Below, one piece after another: positions 9,425 to 20,318 of a DNA stretch of 64,000 nucleotides. The number at the start of each line of letters is the position of its first letter. Within the stretch, counting starts at the first letter, position 1. The position numbers and the translations under genes are program-made. The stretch comes from an uncultured Victivallales bacterium (GTDB lineage Bacteria > Verrucomicrobiota > Kiritimatiellia > UBA8416 > CAYSRM01): NCBI GenBank assembly GCA_964475205.1, contig CAYYVQ010000002.1:9965-73964 (forward strand), given 5' to 3'. Below the pieces are notes generated by a model, which worked only from the letters and a program-made list of their open reading frames with translations, searched no databases and was not told the DNA's origin.

Positions 9425-9748
9425 TCAAGGGCGCCACAGAAAGCCCTTGTCCGCAATTTTTCCCCTGACGAAAACCACTCCTTCAGATTGAAGCATTTTC
9501 TTCTTATCCATCAGAGCTTTGCCTTTAATCCGCCCTCTGAATCCGCCAAGACTCAGGTCTGAGGCTATTACACGGTGACACGGAACCTGCGGCGAAAAAG
9601 GGTTTTCTTTCAAAGCCTGGCCAACGGCCCGCGCAGAACCACAGCCGACAATGGAGCCAATCCGGGTGTATGTGGCCACTTTCCCCCTTGGAACCAGCTT
9701 TACTGCTTCATAAACGCGCGTTTGAAACTCCGTCATCTTGCTTTCCAT
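9425..9748 (-). CDS. MGMT-family methylated-DNA--protein-cysteine methyltransferase (DNA-binding/active-site domain only)
   Basis: YEAVKLVPRGKVATYTRIGSIVG...PCHRVI contains the PCHR active-site motif. Length is ~104-108 aa from the internal Met. The ORF-track start at 9820 would overlap mscS more deeply. Confidence 0.7.
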   Translation of the reverse strand: MESKMTEFQTRVYEAVKLVPRGKVATYTRIGSIVGCGSARAVGQALKENPFSPQVPCHRVIASDLSLGGFRGRIKGKALMDKKKMLQSEGVVFVRGKIADKGFLWRP

Positions 9749-10631
9749 GGGCTTCGTCCTCTGCAATCGAATAGAACCGCGTGGTCGGGTATGCCAGCGA
9801 TATGTCGTTGTGCTTCGCAAAAGCAGACAGAACCGCTTCCCACACGCTCTGTTCAGAGCCCCGGCGTTCCCGCGGTTTCACTATATATCGCATAGTCAGC
9901 AGAACTCCGCTTTCTTTAACCGTGGTATATACTATTGGCGTCAGGTGCTCAAAGTAGATCAGGTACCTCATTGCCGCGCGTCTTATCTGCTTCTGCGCCC
10001 CCTTGGAGAGGTGTCCGGCTTTCTCGTTTACAATATCGACCAGAATCTGCTTAGCTTTCTCCCAGTTGCTTTCAAAGGTTATCAGCACAGGAATCTCATG
10101 CCATATGTATTCAAAACCGGTCTCGTAGTTGCATATCGGCTCACGCAAAACTTTGCTGTTGGGGACGTGAACAATGCGTCCGGTGCTCTGGTCGCTCGCA
10201 ACCCAGTTTCCGATTTCTATCACGCTGAACTGCAGCATCCGCGTGTCAATAACATCCCCGGTAACCGTGCCGATCTGGATCCGGTCGCCAACCTTGAAGG
10301 GACGCCGCCACATGATGAAACCCCATCCCGCCAGATTGGCAATTGTATCATGCATCGCCACCGCGAGACCGGCGCTGACAAGTCCCAGGAATTGTGCTAT
10401 CGAACCGAAACCCTTGATCCATATTCTGCCCACAAGAAGCACAGCAACAATTGCATAAAAATATCCTATTACACGGCGCAGATGGTATAACCTGGCAGAA
10501 TCGTCAACACGTTTCTTTACAATAGACATTGTCACTACTCGAAGCGCCCAGAAGACAACAATGATCAACGCTGTTATAACAAGCTTAATTGTCACCGGCT
10601 CGCTTAAGTATTCTGCAATTGCCCGGTTCAT
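9708..10631 (-). CDS. mscS: small-conductance mechanosensitive channel (MscS family)
   Basis: N-terminal TM helices are followed by the conserved MscS beta-domain, FKVGDRIQIGTVTGDVIDTRMLQFSVIEIGNW...VHVPNSKV. Confidence 0.8.
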   Translation of the reverse strand: MNRAIAEYLSEPVTIKLVITALIIVVFWALRVVTMSIVKKRVDDSARLYHLRRVIGYFYAIVAVLLVGRIWIKGFGSIAQFLGLVSAGLAVAMHDTIANLAGWGFIMWRRPFKVGDRIQIGTVTGDVIDTRMLQFSVIEIGNWVASDQSTGRIVHVPNSKVLREPICNYETGFEYIWHEIPVLITFESNWEKAKQILVDIVNEKAGHLSKGAQKQIRRAAMRYLIYFEHLTPIVYTTVKESGVLLTMRYIVKPRERRGSEQSVWEAVLSAFAKHNDISLAYPTTRFYSIAEDEAHGKQDDGVSNARL

Positions 10632-11977
10632 TTTGCGCCTCGATTCTTCTGTGCAGGCCCATTGGCTTGATCAGCCTTGACGTATCCCCACTGCCTGAGT
10701 CTGCCCAAGGCATACTCATACTGTTCACCCGAGGTCTGGTTCCTGCAGTATCTCGTATATTCCTGCGCAGCCATCTTCCGACGGCCCTGTTTTTCAAGGG
10801 AAAGCCCCTTGTAAAAAATTGTATTATCGTTACCCGGCAAAAGCCGTTCGTATTCCGAGAATCGCTGAAAAGCTTCACTGTATTCGCCCGATTTCAAGTT
10901 GGCTATGCCGCTTATATGATGTGCCTGGGGTTCTCCCGGATATGACTGCCGGGCAAGACCGGAGAACCTCACAGCATCTTTATATTGCTCCTTTGCAATC
11001 TGGCATTTGGCCATGAGCATCAACCCCGCGTAATCGTCCGGCTCCTGTTTGAGCGCCTCTTTAAAGCTTTCCTCGGCTTCATCATATTTACCCTTGCGCA
11101 TAAACGCCTCACCGTCCTGCAGTTTTCTGATTGCCCCTTCCCTGGCCCTGAGCCATGCAATGTTGTCCATATAACGTTCCCTCCCCCTGTTGAACTCCGA
11201 ACTTTTGGGATATACGGTCTTAGCCCTTTCCCGGGCCACCCGGTACCGTTCTTTGGACAGGGGATGCGTTGCAAAAAGCAGGTCTACAACCGATGGAGCC
11301 TTTCGCTTAAGACGCAGAAAAACCTCCATGAGTTCGGACATGCCCTGGGCAGGATAAGCTGAACTTACCATGTACCGTGTTCCCGTGCTGTCAGCCTCGC
11401 GTTCATGTTCACGGCTGTACCGTGACAACAACAGGTTGGCTCCTATCGCGCCGAGGCCGGCGCTCAATTCAGTGTACTCGCTTTCCTCATATTCAAGGTA
11501 CGCTGCCAGGGCAATAACCGTCCCGGCCGCGAGGAGCCCCTTTGTCTGCCTGGACGAAGAATGCCTGTGGTTGACATGCGCAAGTTCATGGCCCAATACT
11601 GCGGCAAGCTCGGCTTCGTTGTCCATGGATATCATCAATCCACGAGCCAACCCTACACTGCCGGCCGGAAATGTGTAGCCGTTGACAACTACGGTATTAA
11701 GGACTCTGAAATTATATGGCATCTGCGGGCGGTGCGTGAGCTTTGCCATTCGCATCCCTATTTCGGATACATATTGGTTAATGCCACTGTTCCGGACAGC
11801 CCCGTAGTCGGCGGAAAACTGATGCGGAGCCCATTTCTGATCCACGGCAATTTCATTCTGCTCAGAAATAAACATGAGCTGTTTTCGACCGGTAACAGGA
11901 TTTGTGGCGCATCCGGACGCAACAGCGCAAGCGGCCCCACCCGTCAGAAACAGGAAATTCCGTCTACTCAAATCCAT
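10628..11977 (-). CDS. M48-family zinc metalloprotease with C-terminal TPR repeats (BepA/YfgC-like), lipoprotein-type signal
   Basis: The HEXXH motif GHELAHVNHRH and the downstream E are present. The N-terminus LTGGAACAVASGC is lipobox-like. The C-terminal half has a TPR-like periodicity. Confidence 0.75.
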   Translation of the reverse strand: MDLSRRNFLFLTGGAACAVASGCATNPVTGRKQLMFISEQNEIAVDQKWAPHQFSADYGAVRNSGINQYVSEIGMRMAKLTHRPQMPYNFRVLNTVVVNGYTFPAGSVGLARGLMISMDNEAELAAVLGHELAHVNHRHSSSRQTKGLLAAGTVIALAAYLEYEESEYTELSAGLGAIGANLLLSRYSREHEREADSTGTRYMVSSAYPAQGMSELMEVFLRLKRKAPSVVDLLFATHPLSKERYRVARERAKTVYPKSSEFNRGRERYMDNIAWLRAREGAIRKLQDGEAFMRKGKYDEAEESFKEALKQEPDDYAGLMLMAKCQIAKEQYKDAVRFSGLARQSYPGEPQAHHISGIANLKSGEYSEAFQRFSEYERLLPGNDNTIFYKGLSLEKQGRRKMAAQEYTRYCRNQTSGEQYEYALGRLRQWGYVKADQANGPAQKNRGAK

Positions 11978-12126
11978 GCTGCGCTCCCTTTCAGAATGTG
12001 CCCGGTTAATCCGCGCATTACACTTGTCAATTTACTATGAAACCGATTGTCTGCTCCAGCATGAAAAAAATGATAATCGAAAACAAGCCAATAACCCGAA
12101 AAGCATTGAACCCGATATCTCATTCT

Positions 12127-13086
12127 CTATATCAGCGGTGTTTTTGATAACCGGCCGGGAACATCGCGGACAAAACGTGGACACGCAAGCCCCCCTACCG
12201 AATTCTGAACGAACAATGAAATATCCCTGGCTCTCGCCGGCGGGACCATAAAATGAGACGTACCCTTTACAGGGTCGCACTGGAAGACATAATACGGCCG
12301 TATAATGTTCTTCTGCAATGCGTTGCATAGTTCCACCATTAATTCAGCGCTATCATTAATCCCTCTGAGAAGAACGCTCTGGTTAGAAACAGGAATGCCC
12401 CGGCTGGTCAGCTTCCCGCATGCTTCAATGGCTGCGCCTGTCAGTTCGGCAGGATGGTTGAACTGAGTATTGACCCATACCGGACGTTTCCGCTTCAGTA
12501 GATCCGCCATGCTGTCGTCTATAAGACCTGGACAGACAACCGGAACACGAGTGCCCACCCTGATCACCTCCACATGCGGTATAAGCAATACCGACCCGAG
12601 CAACCAGTCCAGCAAACCGGCATCGATAAGCAAGGGATCGCCACCGGATATTATTACCTCGCGAATACCCGTATTTGCTCGCACATATGCAAGCGCAGGT
12701 TCGAAAAAGTTTTCCGACGGCATACCGGCAAGTTTTCTGACCGTATTCTTACGGGTACAATGCCTGCAATTCACAGCACAGTCCGACGTAGCCAGGATTA
12801 GAACGCGGTCGCTAAAGCGGTGAACCAGGCCCGGTGCAGGCGCATTTTCTTCAGCAAACGGATCGTCAACAAGCCCCTCAACATCTTCTATCTCTCTAAG
12901 ATCAGGCATGAACTGGCGATTCACAGCATCATTGCCCCTTAGACTGCATAAGCGCCCAAGCTCCGCATAATAAGCGCTGACCTTGAACGGATATTTCTTT
13001 TCAATGCCGGACAACAACTCGCATGTCTTTTTATCTGTCAATCTACCCAGTCCGGGTAATCCCTCGAATGTTGAATCCAGGTTCAT
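12127..13086 (-). CDS. KamA-family radical SAM enzyme (lysine 2,3-aminomutase / EpmB-like)
   Basis: CAVNCRHCTRK is the KamA-type CxxxCxxC motif and the GGDPL and PYYV blocks follow. The start is placed at the Met of MNLDSTFEGL, preceded by aaggagg. The ORF-track 5' extension of 75 codons lacks protein-like composition. Confidence 0.75.
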   Translation of the reverse strand: MNLDSTFEGLPGLGRLTDKKTCELLSGIEKKYPFKVSAYYAELGRLCSLRGNDAVNRQFMPDLREIEDVEGLVDDPFAEENAPAPGLVHRFSDRVLILATSDCAVNCRHCTRKNTVRKLAGMPSENFFEPALAYVRANTGIREVIISGGDPLLIDAGLLDWLLGSVLLIPHVEVIRVGTRVPVVCPGLIDDSMADLLKRKRPVWVNTQFNHPAELTGAAIEACGKLTSRGIPVSNQSVLLRGINDSAELMVELCNALQKNIIRPYYVFQCDPVKGTSHFMVPPARARDISLFVQNSVGGLACPRFVRDVPGRLSKTPLI

Positions 13087-13235
13087 TATCCTCCTTTGCC
13101 GGACAAGACGCAAATTTGCGCAGCCGCCATTGATTTCTCGACAAAAGATAATACACATTGTATCTAGTGTGCTAAAGGAGGAAACCCCATCTGGAATCAC
13201 CTTGAATTGAAAGGATAGATAAGCTGGAACATAAG

Positions 13236-14075
13236 ATGGATAAAGAAAACCAGGCGCTTGCAGGCGTAGAACACATACGGGAAACATTAGGCATAACATC
13301 TGCGCATGCATGCATTGTTATGGGCTCGGGCTGGAGCCAGGCTGCTCCGCTGGACCAATCGGAATCCTCAATAAAATACGCCGACATCCCCGGTCTTGGA
13401 AACCCTGAGACCCAGTCGCACCAGGGAGATCTCCATCTTCTGAAAACAAACGGGCGTAACATACTTCTTTTTGCGGGACGCCGACACCTCCACGAAGGCG
13501 CCGGATGGCTGCCTGTGTGCATGCCGGCAATAGCGGCAAAACAACTGTCCGCGCCATACCTGGCGCTGACCAACTCCGCGGGAAGCATAAACAGCAAGCT
13601 GCAACCAGGCCGTATCGCCATAATCGACGATCACATAAACATGATGGGAAGCAATCCGCTTCTCGACCCGGCTATACAATCCGCAGCTTCAACTTTTCCC
13701 GATCAATCGCAAATCTACGACCCGCAACTTAAAAATATAATGGCCGAAATCCTTTCCGGGCTCGGACATGACCCTTTCCGGGCAGTCTACCTGGCCACTA
13801 CAGGCCCCAACTACGAGACGCCCGCGGAAATCAGGGCGTTCCACACCATTGGCGCCGACCTGGTGGGCATGTCTACCGTGCCCGAGGCAATAGTGGCAAA
13901 CGCGGCGGGAATAAAGGTAGCTGCCGTATCCCTTGTGTCAAACCGGGCTGCCGGACTCTCGGACCATGCCATCTCACACCGGGAAGTGATGGAAACAGCG
14001 GAAAATACCCGCCCGGCAATGCGGCATTTACTGAAAGGCATTATAAAAGCCATAGCAGGATTATCCCATGAGTGA
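13236..14075 (+). CDS. purine nucleoside phosphorylase family I (PNP/MTAP-type)
   Basis: PNP_UDP_1 blocks are present: HACIVMGSGWS, LLFAGRRHLHEG, YLATTGPNYETPAEIRAFHTIGADLVGMSTVPE. Confidence 0.8.
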   Translation: MDKENQALAGVEHIRETLGITSAHACIVMGSGWSQAAPLDQSESSIKYADIPGLGNPETQSHQGDLHLLKTNGRNILLFAGRRHLHEGAGWLPVCMPAIAAKQLSAPYLALTNSAGSINSKLQPGRIAIIDDHINMMGSNPLLDPAIQSAASTFPDQSQIYDPQLKNIMAEILSGLGHDPFRAVYLATTGPNYETPAEIRAFHTIGADLVGMSTVPEAIVANAAGIKVAAVSLVSNRAAGLSDHAISHREVMETAENTRPAMRHLLKGIIKAIAGLSHE

Positions 14076-15405
14076 GCCGGGAACAGACCTGGAATTCTCA
14101 GCGCGCGAAGTGGTCCGGACTCTTCAGCAAAATGGATTCGCGGCGATGTACGCCGGCGGATGCGTTCGGGATATGCTTCGAGGCGTTGAGCCTAAAGATT
14201 ACGATATTGCCACAAGCGCCCTGCCTGAACAGGTGGAAAAGCTTTTCCAGCGAACCGTAGGCGTCGGAAAACAGTTCGGCGTAATAATCGTAAGAAACGG
14301 CAGTCATGATTTTGAAGTAGCCACGTTCCGCGAAGACAAGGGTTATACCGACGGAAGACGCCCCGACCAGGTCGCATTCACAGATGCGCGTAATGATGCC
14401 CGGCGCCGCGATTTTACTATCAATGCAATGTTCTACGACCCCGTAGCAGATCATACTTATGACTACACAGGCGGACAGAAAGACCTTACACGAGAGCTGA
14501 TAAGGTGCGTAGGCAGCCCCGGAGAACGCTTTAGCGAAGACCACCTGCGCATGATGCGCGCAGTTCGTTTCGCCGGTTCGCTGGGTTTCCGCATAGAACA
14601 GGAAACATCCAACGCTATCCGCGAGCACGCCCGACTGATTACTCGTGTAAGCCCTGAACGAATAGGTCAGGAACTCACACGCATGCTTCTCGAGTCTGAA
14701 AAGGCAGGTCAATCAATAGTTCAGATGCAGAATCTCGGCCTTCTGGAAGCAATATTGCCGGAGGTCAGCGCGACAATAGGCCAGGAACAGCCGCCGCAGT
14801 TCCATCCCGAGGGAGACGTCTTTACGCATACTGTAATAATGCTTGATATGATGGAAACATCTTCTCCCGTGCTGGCATATTCGGCGCTGCTCCATGACAT
14901 AGGCAAGCCCGGCACAGCGAGGCAGGGTCCCGACCGCATACGTTTCGACGGGCACGCGGGCCTGAGCGGAGAAATGGCGGAAAAAATATTGCGCAGGCTG
15001 AAGTTCTCCACAGAAACCATCGAAAATGTCTCCCGTTGCATCAGGAATCATATGCGATTCATGGATGTTCCCAGGATGAAACGCTCAACCCTTCGAAGAA
15101 TGACAGGTTCTCCAGTCTACAGAGAAGAACTGGAATTGCACCGCCTGGATTGCCTTGCAAGCCATGGAGACCTGAAGAATTATCATTACCTGAAAGACTT
15201 CGAGAAAACGCTTGAATCGGAACCTTCGCTTCCCGATCCATGGGTAACAGGACACGATATCATGGCACAGGGCATACCTGAAGGACCCTCCGTGGGATAC
15301 TGGCGAAGCATGGCCTATGAAGCCCAGCTTGAGGGTAAATTCTCCAACCGCCGCGATCTTCTGGAATGGCTGCGCCATAAAATCAACACAGATCCCGGCA
15401 GATAA
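14068..15405 (+). CDS. cca: CCA-adding tRNA nucleotidyltransferase with HD domain
   Basis: The pol-beta NTase motif GGCVRDMLRG...DYDIAT, RRRDFTINAM and the C-terminal HD motif (LLHDIGKP) are present. The start overlaps the PNP stop in ATGAGTGA. Confidence 0.85.
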   Translation: MSEPGTDLEFSAREVVRTLQQNGFAAMYAGGCVRDMLRGVEPKDYDIATSALPEQVEKLFQRTVGVGKQFGVIIVRNGSHDFEVATFREDKGYTDGRRPDQVAFTDARNDARRRDFTINAMFYDPVADHTYDYTGGQKDLTRELIRCVGSPGERFSEDHLRMMRAVRFAGSLGFRIEQETSNAIREHARLITRVSPERIGQELTRMLLESEKAGQSIVQMQNLGLLEAILPEVSATIGQEQPPQFHPEGDVFTHTVIMLDMMETSSPVLAYSALLHDIGKPGTARQGPDRIRFDGHAGLSGEMAEKILRRLKFSTETIENVSRCIRNHMRFMDVPRMKRSTLRRMTGSPVYREELELHRLDCLASHGDLKNYHYLKDFEKTLESEPSLPDPWVTGHDIMAQGIPEGPSVGYWRSMAYEAQLEGKFSNRRDLLEWLRHKINTDPGR

Positions 15406-15426
15406 TCCAGGCGGCCAATCTCAGGC

Positions 15427-16680
15427 TCACGCAATTTTGAGCGCCTTATGCGCGGCGCCTGCGTCAATTGCCATATCTGTGACCATGGGTTTTGTGATCC
15501 GGATCTCGCCGGGTTTGCCCATGCGCGGGGCTTCAAACATAACTTCAAGCATCAGTTTTTCAACTATTGCTCTCAACCCCCTGGCGCCGGTCTTTCTCTT
15601 TATGGCTGCGCGCGCCAGCTCGCGCAAAGCGCTTTGTGTAAACGAAAGCTCAAAACCTTCCATGGCCATCAATTTCTGGTATTGCTTAAGCATGCAGTTT
15701 TTTGGCTCCACGAGGATCCTCACAAGGTCGTCCTCCGTCAGGTCGGACAATGCCGAAACCACCGGAATCCTTCCGACCAGTTCGGGAATCAATCCGTACT
15801 TGGTCAGGTCCTCGGGCTCTACCTCGGCCATCGCTCCTTCTTTGGCAGTTCTGGCCGCGCCATCCTGTTCGGTGAATCCGAGAGCGTGCTTGCCGATTCT
15901 CCGACGCACAATCTCATCAAGCCCCACGAAGGCTCCGCCGCAGATAAAAAGGATATGCTCGGTATTGATCTGGATGTATTCCTGCTGGGGATGCTTTCGC
16001 CCGCCTTGAGGAGGGACATTTGCCACGTTGCCCTCTAGTATCTTCAACAAAGCCTGCTGTACGCCCTCTCCTGAAACATCACGGGTAATGGAGACGTTCT
16101 GGGTCTTGCGCCCGATCTTATCTATCTCATCTATATAGATGATTCCCCTTTCCGTTTTCTCAATATTGCCCGAGGCGTTCTGGTAGAGCTTGAGAAGTAT
16201 ATTCTCCACGTCTTCGCCAACGTACCCCGCTTCCGTCAGTGTAGTTGAATCCACAATCACAAATGGAACATCAAGCATCCTTGCCAGCGTCCGGGCAAGC
16301 AGCGTTTTTCCGCTGCCCGTCGGCCCTATGAGCATTATGTTGCTCTTCTCAATATCAACGCTGGAAAAGGGATCTTCATCGTCAAAATAGATGTGCTGTT
16401 TCAAGCGCTTGTAATGATTATGCACAGCCACGGCCAGAGTCTTCTTCGGCAGTTCGTGCCCGACAACATACTGGTCAAGGAATTCCTTGATTTCGTGTGG
16501 TTTCGGCACTTCGAGCAAGGATACATCCATTGCCTCGTCCTGCTTCACCTCCGACTCAAGCAATGAGTTGCACAAACCAATGCACTGGTCGCATATGTTG
16601 ACGCCAGGACCGGTTATCAATTTCTTCACTTCTGTCTGCCGCTTTCCGCAGAAAGAGCATACTGTTTTCTCAATAGCCAT
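15427..16680 (-). CDS. clpX: ATP-dependent Clp protease ATP-binding subunit ClpX
   Basis: The N-terminal C4 zinc finger CSFCGK...CDQC, Walker [12 protein letters not shown] and the ClpX sensor blocks are present. Confidence 0.95.
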   Translation of the reverse strand: MAIEKTVCSFCGKRQTEVKKLITGPGVNICDQCIGLCNSLLESEVKQDEAMDVSLLEVPKPHEIKEFLDQYVVGHELPKKTLAVAVHNHYKRLKQHIYFDDEDPFSSVDIEKSNIMLIGPTGSGKTLLARTLARMLDVPFVIVDSTTLTEAGYVGEDVENILLKLYQNASGNIEKTERGIIYIDEIDKIGRKTQNVSITRDVSGEGVQQALLKILEGNVANVPPQGGRKHPQQEYIQINTEHILFICGGAFVGLDEIVRRRIGKHALGFTEQDGAARTAKEGAMAEVEPEDLTKYGLIPELVGRIPVVSALSDLTEDDLVRILVEPKNCMLKQYQKLMAMEGFELSFTQSALRELARAAIKRKTGARGLRAIVEKLMLEVMFEAPRMGKPGEIRITKPMVTDMAIDAGAAHKALKIA

Positions 16681-16698
16681 TAGCTCCCGCCTGATCTT

Positions 16699-17337
16699 CT
16701 ACTGTTGCTTCTTTGAGTTTTTCTTGCCTTTTACAGTTTCTTTTTTGCTCTCCACCACCCTGTCCACGAGTCCATATTTTACAGAATCCTCCGCAGACAT
16801 AAAGAAATCCCTGTCGGTATCCCTGGCAATTTCTTCTACTGACTTTCCAGTGTGTTTTGCAAGTATCTGGTTGATCTTATCCCGTATCCTGAGGATCTCC
16901 TTAGCTTGAATGCTTATATCCGCCGCAACTCCCTGTACGCCGCCCCAAGGCTGATGGATCATTATCCTGGCATGAGGCAACGCATATCGTTTGCCCTCTG
17001 CGCCTGCGGCAAGAAGCACCGCTCCCATGCTGGCTGCCTGGCCCACACAATAGGTTGCAACATCACACTTAAGGAACTGCATGGTGTCGTACACCGCCAT
17101 TCCGGCAGTCACTGACCCACCCGGCGAATTGACATACATGCTGATGTCTTTCTCCGAATCCTCAGCCTGGAGAAAAAGCAGCTGCGCTATCAACAGGTTG
17201 CTTATACTGTCGTCAATTGCCGAACCGACAAAAACTATCCTGTCTTTCAGCAGCCTCGAAAAAATGTCATACGCTCGTTCGCCCCTTCCGGTCTGCTCGA
17301 CCACCATGGGCACCAATGCCTGGTTCATTTCAGTCAT
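16699..17337 (-). CDS. clpP: ATP-dependent Clp protease proteolytic subunit ClpP
   Basis: The ClpP catalytic region GQAASMGA, the HQP motif and a Lys-rich C-terminal tail are present. Confidence 0.95.
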   Translation of the reverse strand: MTEMNQALVPMVVEQTGRGERAYDIFSRLLKDRIVFVGSAIDDSISNLLIAQLLFLQAEDSEKDISMYVNSPGGSVTAGMAVYDTMQFLKCDVATYCVGQAASMGAVLLAAGAEGKRYALPHARIMIHQPWGGVQGVAADISIQAKEILRIRDKINQILAKHTGKSVEEIARDTDRDFFMSAEDSVKYGLVDRVVESKKETVKGKKNSKKQQ

Positions 17338-17346
17338 AGATTTCTC

Positions 17347-18645
17347 CTATTTCTTGATTTTTGCCTGCCCGAGAAGAAAGTCCAGTGTCTTTTCCTGCCG
17401 AAGTTCAGACTTAATTCTATCTAGGGCATTCTGTTTCTCAAGTTCAGCTTTCATCCGCGCTGTTTCCATGCCGTAACCGCTCGCCATTGATTCAATCCGT
17501 TCATCAACTTCAGTTTCGGCAACTTCAATATTCTCTTCCTCGGCAATGCGCCCCAGTATGTACATCAGCTTAACCCTGTCCACCGAAGTTTTTTCCGCTT
17601 CGCTCAAAATCTGATCCTTTCTTTCCTCAAGCTGCTGCCTGCCCAGCCCCTGTTGAGCCATGCTCTGGATCATATTCCTGGCAATTGCGTTTTTCTCCTG
17701 CTCAAGTTGTGAAACCGGGACATCCAGGTCTGTCTTATCAAGCAAGTGCCGGGAAATCTCATTTTTTAGCCGGCGATTTTCGCTGTTTGTTTTTGCTGCG
17801 ACAAGCTCTTCTTTGACCTTTTCGCGAAATTCCGCCTCATTTGCGGCGCTTATGTTCTTGAAGAACTCCTCGTCCATTTCAGGAAGAACTTTCTTGCGAA
17901 TCCTCTTGACCGTCACATCATAAGAGGCATCTTTCCCTGCAACTTCCTTAACATGATAGTCTTCCGGAAAAGTTATTTTCAAGGTCTTGCTGTCCCCTGC
18001 CATGACGCCTTCCAACTGTTTTGACAAACCCGGCAGGAACTCCTGGCCGTTGAGGATGATCCAGAAATCAGAACCTTCTCCCATCCCCGTTATCTGCGGC
18101 GCCATTTCGCTTACCGGTTTGCCTTCTATCGCGCCTGAGTAATCCAACTGGAGCATGTCGCCTGGCCCGGCAGGCTGTCCGCTGTTTTCCTCATAGCGCG
18201 CCATGCTGTCCATGACACGGTGAACGGCTTCTTCTATTTCCTCATCGGTAACATCTGTCTTCTGGCCTTTAAGCGATATTTTTCCATACCGGGGAAGTTT
18301 GAATTCAGGCGCAACGTCCACGGTAAAATCAAAACTCAAGCCTTCATCCTTGCCAATGCGTTCATTGGAGACATCTATCACAGCCACAGGCGCTATATCT
18401 TCTTCTTCGACAGCCTCTTTGTAGATGCGCGGCAGAAGATTCTGTTTTGTATTTTCAAGGATATCCTTCAAAAATCTCTTTTCAACAACTTCGGACGGGG
18501 CGCGCCCTTTGCGAAATCCAGGTATCCTGGCAACCTTTCTGTACTCCTGAACCAATCGATCGTATTCTGGCTGTATCTTCTCGGCAGGCGCTTCGACATG
18601 AACACGTTTTCGACATTTTCCCTCATCTTCTACTTGAATTTTCAC
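17347..18645 (-). CDS. tig: trigger factor
   Basis: The ribosome-binding N-terminal motif GFRKGRAPSEVVEKRF is present. Length is 432 aa with the canonical tig-clpP-clpX order. Confidence 0.9.
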   Translation of the reverse strand: MKIQVEDEGKCRKRVHVEAPAEKIQPEYDRLVQEYRKVARIPGFRKGRAPSEVVEKRFLKDILENTKQNLLPRIYKEAVEEEDIAPVAVIDVSNERIGKDEGLSFDFTVDVAPEFKLPRYGKISLKGQKTDVTDEEIEEAVHRVMDSMARYEENSGQPAGPGDMLQLDYSGAIEGKPVSEMAPQITGMGEGSDFWIILNGQEFLPGLSKQLEGVMAGDSKTLKITFPEDYHVKEVAGKDASYDVTVKRIRKKVLPEMDEEFFKNISAANEAEFREKVKEELVAAKTNSENRRLKNEISRHLLDKTDLDVPVSQLEQEKNAIARNMIQSMAQQGLGRQQLEERKDQILSEAEKTSVDRVKLMYILGRIAEEENIEVAETEVDERIESMASGYGMETARMKAELEKQNALDRIKSELRQEKTLDFLLGQAKIKK

Positions 18646-18670
18646 CCTTTTCCCCTGTCTTATCTTTTAG

Positions 18671-18843
18671 CCTGATCTATTCATCAACTTCGTAATGAGA
18701 GTGTGCAGGTTGCTTTAGACCAATAACTTTGCGCAGATAGCCGGGTGAAGGCGTATAAACATACGTCAAGATCGGCTGGCCAGCAAAGTCGTTGAGATTA
18801 AGTGACATGCACACTCGCAATAGATTTTTATGAATAGATCAGG
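18671..18843. repeat. 173-bp small element bounded by 14-bp perfect inverted repeats, in the tig promoter region
   Basis: cctgatctattcat at 18671-18684 is matched by atgaatagatcagg at 18830-18843. Confidence 0.55.
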
Positions 18844-18887
18844 TTAGACACCTCTCGAACAGCGTTCCGGCCTCTCCTCTGACGTGT

Positions 18888-20318
18888 CTACTCCTTCATC
18901 GACATCAGAAATTCCGCATTGCTGTTGGTCTTCTTCAATTTGTTTACAATCATCTCCATAGCTTCAACTGGAGGAACACCGTTAATTGCTTTCCTGAGGA
19001 CCCATATCTTCCCTAATTCGTCCGGATGCAGCAACAATTCTTCTTTCCTAGTTCCCGACTTTTCAATATTGATAGCCGGAAATACGCGTTTGTCAACCAG
19101 CGAACGATCCAGGCAGAGCTCCATGTTTCCTGTTCCTTTGAATTCCTCAAAGATCACTTCATCCATCCTGCTGCCTGTATCAACCAGCGCTGTAGCCATG
19201 ATTGTCAGACTGCCGCCGTTTTCAATATTTCTGGCAGCCCCGAAAAATCTCTTGGGCTTATGCAGCGCATTCGCATCAACGCCTCCGGAAAGAATCTTGC
19301 CGCTGTGCGGCTGTATTGTGTTATAAGCCCTGGCAAGTCTTGTTATGCTGTCCAGGAGAATGACCACATCCTCGCCGCTTTCAACCATTCTCTTCGCCAT
19401 CTCGAGAACAACGCCGGAAAGTTGCACATGTCTTTCCGGCCCTTCATCAAATGTTGAACTTAACACGTGCGCGGAAGTGTTGTGGATCATATCAGTGACC
19501 TCTTCGGGCCGCTCGTCGATAAGCAGAATAATGAGATGAGCGTCGGGATGATTGCTGGATATGCTGTTTGCTATCTTCTGCAGCAACACCGTTTTTCCAG
19601 TCCTGGGAGCTGCTACTATCAAACCGCGCTGACCGAAACCGATCGGCGTAAAAATATCCATTATCCTCATAGATATCTCTCGAGGATCATGCTCCAGATT
19701 GATCCGCTGGTCGGGAAACAACGGTGTGAGGTTCTCAAATGGAATCTTGTTCCTGGCATCGTCGGGCTCAACATCATTGACCGATTCCACGCGCAGGAGC
19801 GCAAAAAATCTTTCTTTGTCTTTCGGCTGCCTTATCTGTCCGCCGACCTTATCTCCGGTCCTGAGCGCAAACCTGCGTATCTGTGAGGGTGAAACGTAAA
19901 TATCCTCCGGACAGGGCTGGTAATTGTTGTAAGCAGATCTCAGAAATCCGAAGCCGTCAGGCAATATTTCGAGCACACCCCTGCTGAAAATGGTTCCGCC
20001 TTCCGCAGCAACAGCCCTAAGGATTTCAAATGTCAGCTCATGCTTCCGAACGGCTCCCAGTTCTACAAGACCGAACTTGTCAGCCATCTCCCGCAATTCC
20101 GGCACTGCCATGTCCTGCAGATCATGAAGACTGAGTTTTTCGGGTATGTTGCCATTAACCGGTCTACGGGGGGAATCCTGATTCGACTCGGAGCCGTTCC
20201 CTGACTCTTCCGCGCTTTTTTCCCGCTTTCTGGGCCTGCGCCGGTTAGAACCGCGTCCGCCTTCTTTATGGGACACACCCTTCTTCCTGTCGTTGTTATT
20301 ATTACTTCTTTGACCCAT
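18888..20318 (-). CDS. rho: transcription termination factor Rho with ~60-aa basic N-terminal extension
   Basis: The CSD-like RNA-binding region and the ATPase [13 protein letters not shown] are present. Length is 476 aa. An Arg/Lys/Asn-rich leader precedes the canonical N-terminal helix bundle. Confidence 0.95.
   Translation of the reverse strand: MGQRSNNNNDRKKGVSHKEGGRGSNRRRPRKREKSAEESGNGSESNQDSPRRPVNGNIPEKLSLHDLQDMAVPELREMADKFGLVELGAVRKHELTFEILRAVAAEGGTIFSRGVLEILPDGFGFLRSAYNNYQPCPEDIYVSPSQIRRFALRTGDKVGGQIRQPKDKERFFALLRVESVNDVEPDDARNKIPFENLTPLFPDQRINLEHDPREISMRIMDIFTPIGFGQRGLIVAAPRTGKTVLLQKIANSISSNHPDAHLIILLIDERPEEVTDMIHNTSAHVLSSTFDEGPERHVQLSGVVLEMAKRMVESGEDVVILLDSITRLARAYNTIQPHSGKILSGGVDANALHKPKRFFGAARNIENGGSLTIMATALVDTGSRMDEVIFEEFKGTGNMELCLDRSLVDKRVFPAINIEKSGTRKEELLLHPDELGKIWVLRKAINGVPPVEAMEMIVNKLKKTNSNAEFLMSMKE

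Noticed and set aside
13087-13311. 5' 75-codon extension of the KamA-like ORF (MHAQMLCLMFPVCVLRLQAPGFLYPSY...)
   Set aside because: The composition is unlike protein. A strong aaggagg Shine-Dalgarno precedes the internal Met at 13086, and the extension would cover the divergent PNP promoter region.
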